Assembly: GCA_963749075.1 (NCBI GenBank)
Contig: CAVVLJ010000020.1
Location: 800,001 to 864,000, forward strand
Direction: 5' to 3'
DNA length: 64,000 nucleotides
Source of the DNA: an uncultured Pseudomonadota bacterium
GTDB taxonomy: Bacteria > Pseudomonadota > Alphaproteobacteria > JACZXZ01
Shown here: piece by piece, positions 57,825 to 64,000 of the stretch
Numbering within the stretch: position 1 is the first letter of the stretch
Layout: each line of letters opens with the position of its first letter
Program-made: the position numbers and the translations under genes
Notes under the pieces: model-generated
What the model was told of the DNA's origin: nothing
Seen by the model: only the letters and a program-made list of their open reading frames with translations
Databases searched by the model: none

Positions 57825-60800
57825 GTGAAGCTCTCGCATTTCTTCATCGACCGGCCGATCTTCGCGGCCGTGCTGTCGATCTTCATCACGCTGATCGGCG
57901 GCTTCGCCTATTTCACCCTGCCGGTCGCCCAGTATCCCGAGATCGCCCCGCCGACGATCGTGGTGAGCGCCTCCTACCCCGGCGCCTCCGCGCAGGTGGT
58001 AAGCGAGACGGTGGCGACGCCGCTCGAGCAGCAGATCAACGGCGTCGAGAACATGCTCTACATGTCCTCGCAGGCGACCGGCGACGGCAATCTGCAGCTC
58101 ACCGTGACCTTCGCCCTCGGCACCAACCTCGACATCGCCCAGGTGCTGGTGCAGAACCGCGTGGCGATCGCGGCGCCGCTCTTGCCGGAGGAGGTCCAGC
58201 GCCTCGGCGTCACGGTCAAGAAGAACTCGCCCGATCTCCTGATGGTCATCCATCTGAGCTCGCCCGACGGCTCGCGCGACCAGCTCTACATGTCGAACTA
58301 CGCGACCCTCCAGGTGAAGGACGTGCTGGCGCGCTTGACCGGCGTGGGCGACGTGCGTGTCTTCGGCGCGCGCGACTACTCGATGCGGGTGTGGCTCGAT
58401 CCCGAGAAGGGGCAGGCGCGCGGGCTCACGGCGGGCGACGTGGTCGCCGCCCTCCAGGCGCAGAACGTCCAGGTCGCCTCGGGCGTACTCGACCAGCCCC
58501 CGGTGCCCAAGCAGGGCGCCTTCCAGCTCAACGTGCAGACGCTCGGCCGCCTCGTGGACCCGCGTCAGTTCGACAATATCCTGGTCAAGACCGACCCGGA
58601 CGGCCGCGTCACCCGCGTGCGCGACATCGGCCGGGTCGAGCTCGGCGCTCAGGACTATAGCGCCAATGGCTATCTCGACAATCACGTGGCCGTGCCGCTC
58701 CTCATCTTCCAGCTTCCCGGCACCAACGCGCTCGCCACCTCGACGCGCCTGCGCACCGCCATGGCCGAGCTCTCCAAGTCCTTTCCCGCGGGGCTCCGCT
58801 ACGACATCGTCTACGACCCGACGCAGTTCATCGCCCAGTCGGTCGACGAGGTCATCAAGACGATCTACATCGCCGTGGCGCTGGTGACCGGCGTGGTGAT
58901 CCTCTTCCTCCAGACCTGGCGCGCCTCGGTCGTGCCGATCGTGGCCATCCCGGTCTCGCTCATCGGCACCTTCGCGGTGCTCGCCGCCTTCGGCTACTCG
59001 CTCAACAACCTCTCGCTCTTCGGCCTGGTGCTCGCCATCGGCATCGTGGTCGACGATGCCATCGTCGTCGTGGAGAACGTCGAGCGCAACATCCGCGACG
59101 GCATGTCGCCGCGGGATGCGGCGCACGAGACCATGGACGAGGTGGGCGGCGCTCTCATCGCGATCGCGCTCGTGCTCTCGGCGGTGTTCGTGCCGGCGGC
59201 CTTCATCCCCGGCATCTCCGGCCAGTTCTTCCGCCAGTTCGCGGTCACCATCGCCTCCGCGACGGTGATCTCCTGCTTCGTCTCGCTGACCTTGAGCCCG
59301 GCGCTCTGCGCCCTCCTCTTCAAGCCGCACGCCGCCGAAGCGAGGCCGCCCACGCCCCTCGCGCGGCCGCTCGTCCTCCTCTTCAAGGGCTTCAATTTCG
59401 CCTTCGGCCGGCTGGCACTCGGCTATGGCGGCCTCACCCGGCGCCTCGTCCGTTTGACGCTGGTCTGTCTTCTCGTCTATGCGGGCCTGCTTGCGCTCAC
59501 CGGTTGGCAGTTCGCGCGCGCTCCGACGGGCTTCATTCCCCCGCTGGACCAGGGTTATCTCATCACCGTGATCCAGCTGCCGCCGGGCGCCTCGCTGGCG
59601 CGCACCGACGCGGTGGTGCGGCGCGTCGCGAAGATTCTGCTCGACACTCCCGGCGTCACGCACGCCATCGAGTTCGCCGGCTTCGACGGTGCCACCTTCA
59701 CCAACGCGTCGAACGCCGGCGCCGTCTTCACCGACCTTGCGCCGTTCCCCGAGCGGGTGGCGAAGGGCCTCAGCGCCAACCACATCCTGGCCGATCTCAG
59801 GACCCGCCTCGGCGCAATTCAGGATGCCTTCATCATCGTCATTCCGCCGCCGCCGGTGCGCGGCATCGGCACGGCCGGCGGCTTCAAGATGATGGTGCAG
59901 GACAAGCGCGGCCGTGGCATCCAGGCACTCGAGGCCGCGGCGCAGGACATGGTGGCCGCCGCCAACCGCACGCCCGGGCTCTCGGGCGTCTTCTCGCTCT
60001 TCAACACGCGCACGCCGACGATCTACGCCGATATCGACCGGGTCAAGGCGGAGATGCTGGGCGTCTCGGCCGACAAGGTGTTCGAGACGCTCGAGGTCTA
60101 TCTCGGCTCGGTCTTCGTCAACCAGTTCAACTATCTCGGGCGGACCTACGAGGTCATCGCCCAGGCCGACGCACCCTTCCGACAGCACATTCGCGACATC
60201 GCCAATCTCAAGACGCGCAACAATTCCGGCAGCATGGTGCCGATCGGCTCGGTCGCCACCTTCCGCGACATCACCACCGCCTACCGCGTGCCGCGCTACA
60301 ATCTCTATCCGGCCGCGGAGGTCCAGGGCAACGTGGCGCCGGGCTATTCCACCGGCTATGCCATCGCCGCCATGGAGCGGCTCGCGGCCGAGCGTCTTCC
60401 CGACGGCTTCGGCTACGAGTGGACGGACCTCGCCTATCAGGAGAAGCTGGCGGGCAACTCGGGGCTCCAGGTCTTCGCCGCCTCGGTCGTCTTCGTCTTC
60501 CTCGTGCTCGCCGCGCAGTACGAGAGCTGGAGCCTGCCCCTCTCCGTCATCCTCATCGTGCCGATGTGCCTTCTCGCCGCGGTGAGCGGCCTCGTCGCCC
60601 GCGGCATGGACGTGAACATCCTGGCGCAGGTCGGCTTCGTGGTTCTGGTCGGCCTCGCCGCCAAGAACGCCATCCTCATCGTGGAGTTCGCCCGCCAGGC
60701 CGAAGCGCAAGGGCAGGACCGGTTCGCGGCCGCGGTCACGGCGGCGCACACCCGCCTCAGGCCCATCCTCATGACCTCGTTCGCCTTCATCTTCGGCGTG

Positions 60801-61007
60801 CTGCCGCTTGCCATCGCCACCGGCGCGGGTGCGGAGATGCGGCAGTCCCTCGGCACCGCGGTGTTCTTCGGCATGCTCGGCGTCACCGGCTTCGGCCTCA
60901 TCTTCACGCCGGTCTTCTACGTCGTCGTGCGCGGACTCGTCGGCAGGGGCCGCAGCGCGCGCCCGGCGCCCTCGCCGGACGAACCGGTCGCGGATCGCCC
61001 GTCTTAG
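57825..61007 (+). CDS. RND efflux transporter permease subunit (HAE1 family)
   Basis: FFIDRPIFA, LPVAQYPEIAPP, GIVVDDAIVVVENV, LTLSPAL, AKNAILIVEFA, RLRPILMTS. Confidence 0.95.
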   Translation: MKLSHFFIDRPIFAAVLSIFITLIGGFAYFTLPVAQYPEIAPPTIVVSASYPGASAQVVSETVATPLEQQINGVENMLYMSSQATGDGNLQLTVTFALGTNLDIAQVLVQNRVAIAAPLLPEEVQRLGVTVKKNSPDLLMVIHLSSPDGSRDQLYMSNYATLQVKDVLARLTGVGDVRVFGARDYSMRVWLDPEKGQARGLTAGDVVAALQAQNVQVASGVLDQPPVPKQGAFQLNVQTLGRLVDPRQFDNILVKTDPDGRVTRVRDIGRVELGAQDYSANGYLDNHVAVPLLIFQLPGTNALATSTRLRTAMAELSKSFPAGLRYDIVYDPTQFIAQSVDEVIKTIYIAVALVTGVVILFLQTWRASVVPIVAIPVSLIGTFAVLAAFGYSLNNLSLFGLVLAIGIVVDDAIVVVENVERNIRDGMSPRDAAHETMDEVGGALIAIALVLSAVFVPAAFIPGISGQFFRQFAVTIASATVISCFVSLTLSPALCALLFKPHAAEARPPTPLARPLVLLFKGFNFAFGRLALGYGGLTRRLVRLTLVCLLVYAGLLALTGWQFARAPTGFIPPLDQGYLITVIQLPPGASLARTDAVVRRVAKILLDTPGVTHAIEFAGFDGATFTNASNAGAVFTDLAPFPERVAKGLSANHILADLRTRLGAIQDAFIIVIPPPPVRGIGTAGGFKMMVQDKRGRGIQALEAAAQDMVAAANRTPGLSGVFSLFNTRTPTIYADIDRVKAEMLGVSADKVFETLEVYLGSVFVNQFNYLGRTYEVIAQADAPFRQHIRDIANLKTRNNSGSMVPIGSVATFRDITTAYRVPRYNLYPAAEVQGNVAPGYSTGYAIAAMERLAAERLPDGFGYEWTDLAYQEKLAGNSGLQVFAASVVFVFLVLAAQYESWSLPLSVILIVPMCLLAAVSGLVARGMDVNILAQVGFVVLVGLAAKNAILIVEFARQAEAQGQDRFAAAVTAAHTRLRPILMTSFAFIFGVLPLAIATGAGAEMRQSLGTAVFFGMLGVTGFGLIFTPVFYVVVRGLVGRGRSARPAPSPDEPVADRPS

Positions 61008-61040
61008 GTGCGGCGGCCGCACCTCTTCGGCGGGCTCCGT

Positions 61041-61169
61041 ATGAATAGCAATTCCTACCGGCTGGTTGTCGCCGTCGACTTCGAGAAAAGCATCGTCTGG
61101 ATCAAATGGATTGGCGCGCACAAGGACCATGATCGGATCGACGCGACGGAGGTGGAGCATGGCGGATGA
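61041..61169 (+). pseudogene. higB: Truncated HigB-family toxin (C-terminal half only)
   Basis: Manual translation MNSNSYRLVVAVDFEKSIVWIKWIGAHKDHDRIDATEVEHGG*; only 33 bp after the RND stop, so there is no room for the N-terminal half. Confidence 0.8.
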
Positions 61170-61539
61170 GCTGAAGCCGATTTGCACGAAGGCCGACTAC
61201 GCCCGCGCGCTTGTCGAGGTCGAACGGCTCTGGGGCAAGAGGATAGGCACGCCGGAGGGCGACCGCCTCGACGTGCTGGCAACGCTGATCGACGCCTATG
61301 AGGCCGAGCATTATCCGATGGACCCTCCCGATGCGGTCGAGGCGATCAAGTTCCGCATGGAGCAGCAGGGCCTCGCGCGCAAGGACCTGGAGCCTCTGAT
61401 CGGGACACGGACGCGCGTCGCCGAGATCCTGAACCGCAAGCGCAGCCTGTCGATCGCTATGATCCGGCGTCTGCATGAGCGTCTCGGCATTTCCGCCGAT
61501 GTCCTGATCCGCCCGACCCGCAAAGGGAAAGCCGCTTGA
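61159..61539 (+). CDS. higA: HigA-family antitoxin / HTH regulator
   Basis: GTPEGDRLDVLATLIDAYE, PDAVEAIKFRMEQQGL, RVAEILNRKRSLSIAMIRRLH. Confidence 0.9.
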   Translation: MADELKPICTKADYARALVEVERLWGKRIGTPEGDRLDVLATLIDAYEAEHYPMDPPDAVEAIKFRMEQQGLARKDLEPLIGTRTRVAEILNRKRSLSIAMIRRLHERLGISADVLIRPTRKGKAA

Positions 61540-61608
61540 TCCTCGCCGAGGCATTGGCGTGCGACCGCGCGATATGCCAGAGTCCCGCGGCCAGAGCGGA
61601 GAACGGCC

Positions 61609-62664
61609 ATGGATGTTGAGCCCAAGCGCACGCCCGAGCGCGAGGCCTATTACGCGCGCATCGCCCAAGACAACCTGACGCCGCTCTGGGAGGTCTTGAG
61701 CGGCCTGGTGACGCGCGAACCGGTCGTCCGCGAAGTGCCGGCGGTCTGGCACTATGCGGCGGTGCGGCCGGCGGTCATGGAGGCGGGGCGCATCATCTCG
61801 GCCAAGGAGGCCGAGCGGCGCGTGCTGGTGCTCGAGAACCCAGCGCTCAAGGGCCTCTCACGCATCACCATGAGCCTCTATGCCGGCCTCCAGCTCATCC
61901 TCCCGGGCGAGGTGGCGCCGAGCCACCGCCACGCCGCCTCGGCGCTGCGCTTCATCGTCGAGGGCGAGGGCGCCTATACGGCGGTCGAAGGCGAGAAGAC
62001 CATCATGTCCGAGGGCGACTTCGTCATCACACCGCCGTGGAGCTGGCACGACCACGGCAACGACAGCGACAAGCCGATGGTGTGGATGGACGGGCTCGAC
62101 ATGCCGCTCGTCAATTTCCTCAACGCGAGCTTCCTCGAGCGCTATCCGGAGGAGAGCCAGCCCCTGGCGCGGCCGCCCGGCGATTCCCTCGCGCGCTACG
62201 GCCAGGGCCTCCTGCCCGACGGCTACGAGGCCAAGAGCCGGTGCTCGCCCGTCTTCAACTACCCCTACGCGCGCACGCGCGAGGCGCTCGAGACCATGCG
62301 GCGCACGGACGAGTGGGATGCCTCTCACGGCCTCAAGGTGCGCTACGTCAATCCGGCGAGCGGCGATTACGCCATGCCGACCATGGGCACCTTCATGCAG
62401 CTCCTGCCCAGGGGTTTCGCGGCACTCCCCTACCGCTCGACCGACGGCGCCGTCTTCGCCTGCGTCGAGGGGCGCGGGCGGACCCACGTGGGCGACCGCG
62501 CGCTCGAATGGGGGCCGCGCGACGTCTTCGTGGTGCCGAGCTGGTCCTGGTACCGCCACGAGCCCGACGAGGACTCGGTGCTCTTCAGCTTCTCCGACCG
62601 GCCGGTGCAGGAGAAGCTCGGCCTGTGGCGCGAGCAGCGCGGCAACATGGCACCGCGGGCGTGA
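61609..62664 (+). CDS. gtdA: Gentisate 1,2-dioxygenase
   Basis: AERRVLVLENP, LYAGLQLILPGEVAPSHRH, WHDHGN, WMDGLD, RYVNPASG, FSFSDRPVQEKLG. Confidence 0.93.
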   Translation: MDVEPKRTPEREAYYARIAQDNLTPLWEVLSGLVTREPVVREVPAVWHYAAVRPAVMEAGRIISAKEAERRVLVLENPALKGLSRITMSLYAGLQLILPGEVAPSHRHAASALRFIVEGEGAYTAVEGEKTIMSEGDFVITPPWSWHDHGNDSDKPMVWMDGLDMPLVNFLNASFLERYPEESQPLARPPGDSLARYGQGLLPDGYEAKSRCSPVFNYPYARTREALETMRRTDEWDASHGLKVRYVNPASGDYAMPTMGTFMQLLPRGFAALPYRSTDGAVFACVEGRGRTHVGDRALEWGPRDVFVVPSWSWYRHEPDEDSVLFSFSDRPVQEKLGLWREQRGNMAPRA

Positions 62665-62696
62665 TCGGCAGCGGGGCGGTGCTGACGTTAGACGAG

Positions 62697-63272
62697 ATGA
62701 CGCCGGCGGAGGTCCTCGCCTTCTGGTTCGCGGCGGAGCGCGGCACCTCCGGCTACGGCCGGCAGCGCGCCCGCTGGTTCGCCAAGGACGACGCCTTCGA
62801 TGCCGAGGTGCGCGAGCGGCTGGCGGCGGCGCACGAGGCGGCCGCGGCAGAAGCGCTTGGCGAGTGGGCGGCAAGCGTCGAGGGTGCGCTCGCCCTCGTC
62901 ATCCTCCTCGATCAGGTGCCGCGCAACATCTTCCGCGGCACGGCGCGCGCCTATGCGAGCGACGCGCTCGCGCGCGCGGCGGCGTCGGCGGCCATCGCGC
63001 GCGGGCGTGACCGCGAGCTCGTGCCGGTCGAGCGCATGTTCCTCTATCTCCCCTTCGAGCACAGCGAGGCGCTCGCCGACCAGGAGAGGGCGCTCACCCT
63101 CTTCCAGGAGCTCGAGGCGTTCCCCGAGACGCGCGGCATCACGGAGACCGCATGGCGCCACGCGGAGATCATCCGCCGCTTCGGCCGCTTTCCCCACCGC
63201 AACGCCGCCCTCGGGCGCGCGACCACGCGGGCGGAGGCAGAGTTCCTCGCGGAGCCGGACGCGTCCTTCTGA
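62697..63272 (+). CDS. DUF924 family protein
   Basis: VLAFWF, WFAKDDAFD, ILLDQVPRNIFRG, FLYLPFEHSE, RFGRFPHRN; start uncertain (62661-62697). Confidence 0.9.
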   Translation: MTPAEVLAFWFAAERGTSGYGRQRARWFAKDDAFDAEVRERLAAAHEAAAAEALGEWAASVEGALALVILLDQVPRNIFRGTARAYASDALARAAASAAIARGRDRELVPVERMFLYLPFEHSEALADQERALTLFQELEAFPETRGITETAWRHAEIIRRFGRFPHRNAALGRATTRAEAEFLAEPDASF

Positions 63273-63285
63273 GCCGGCGCCCGCG

Positions 63286-64000
63286 TCACTTGAGCGGCCG
63301 CACCCAGCACTCCGGGCCCGCCGTGTGCAGCGTCGTGCAGAGCTCCTTGGCCTCGGCCTCGCTCGCGAAGGGGCCGAGCGAGAGCCGCGCCAGCGTCATG
63401 CCGCCGACCGTGGTGACCGTGTCGTAGCGCGGCTTGAGCCTGGCGAGGAGGGCGGGCAGGCGGGCGCGCAGGGCGTCCCAGTTGCGGCTCGCCTCAGCGG
63501 GTGCGCCGAAGGCGACGAACTGCACGAGGAACTTGCCCGTGGGCGAGGCGACCGGGCCGGTGGCGGCTGCGCTCTTCTTCGGCAGGGAGGCGAGCTGAGT
63601 TGCCGGGGCCGCTTTCGCCGGCGGCGCCGGCTTGGCCGCTGCGGCGGTTGCCGCTCTCGCGGGGCGCTGGACCGGCAGCGGCGGCTCGGGCCGAACGGCC
63701 GGCGGCTCCGCGCGCGCGGCCGCCGCGGGCTTGCTCGCGGGAGCTTGCGCGGCGGGCGCCGGCAGGGCCTTGGCGGTGACCGGCGTCGTCGGCTCGGCGG
63801 GCGGCCGCGGCGGCGGCGCGGGCTTGGCCCCCGTCGCCGGGGCGGCTCCGCCCGCCGCGGGCTGGTCGGCGGTGTCCTTGTCCTCGCCCGTGTCCACCAT
63901 GGCCAGGCTCGGCAGCACCTCGCCGAACTTGTGGTAATTGGCGAGGGTCATGCGCCTCAGGGTGCCGCCGCTCTGGAAATCGCGCTCGAGGACGGCACCC
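63286..64000 (-). CDS. SPOR-domain protein, 3' part (Ala/Pro-rich linker plus SPOR); 5' end beyond window
   Basis: Frame open to the window end; FLVQFVAF...ARLSLGPFASEAEAKELCTTL...CWV. Confidence 0.8.
   Translation of the reverse strand, partial: GAVLERDFQSGGTLRRMTLANYHKFGEVLPSLAMVDTGEDKDTADQPAAGGAAPATGAKPAPPPRPPAEPTTPVTAKALPAPAAQAPASKPAAAARAEPPAVRPEPPLPVQRPARAATAAAAKPAPPAKAAPATQLASLPKKSAAATGPVASPTGKFLVQFVAFGAPAEASRNWDALRARLPALLARLKPRYDTVTTVGGMTLARLSLGPFASEAEAKELCTTLHTAGPECWVRPLK

Overview
High-GC bacterial window, probably an alphaproteobacterium (inferred from REP-like elements and gene content). Bases 1-38.7 kb are a large mosaic surface-glycan modification locus. It has rfbF/rfbG (CDP-4-keto-6-deoxyglucose), an NAD-dependent epimerase/reductase, an E1 alpha/beta ThDP-enzyme pair without E2/E3, an AsnB-type amidotransferase, five class I SAM methyltransferases, GT2 (including two GtrB/ArnC-like) and GT4 glycosyltransferases, an MBOAT plus SGNH-like O-acylation pair and a Wzt ATPase. 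It also has six polytopic GT-C-like membrane proteins; a seventh lies at 51-52.7 kb. Two of these form a tandem paralog pair with near-identical scaffolds and patchy hypervariable loops. Another sits on an A/T-richer, oppositely oriented insert between two 253-bp direct repeats. The rest holds an LLM monooxygenase/MarR/Liv-type ABC operon, an XRE-DMT module, a caspase-TonB_C-Sel1 fusion, an orphan SLOG-SLATT membrane protein, an RND pump, a higBA locus with a truncated toxin, gtdA, a DUF924 protein and a partial SPOR protein. Three genes (asnB, wzt, DMT) carry single +1 frameshifts that may be sequencing errors. No rRNA, tRNA, CRISPR array, integrase or transposase was recognised. All family calls are from motifs read by eye, not from database searches.
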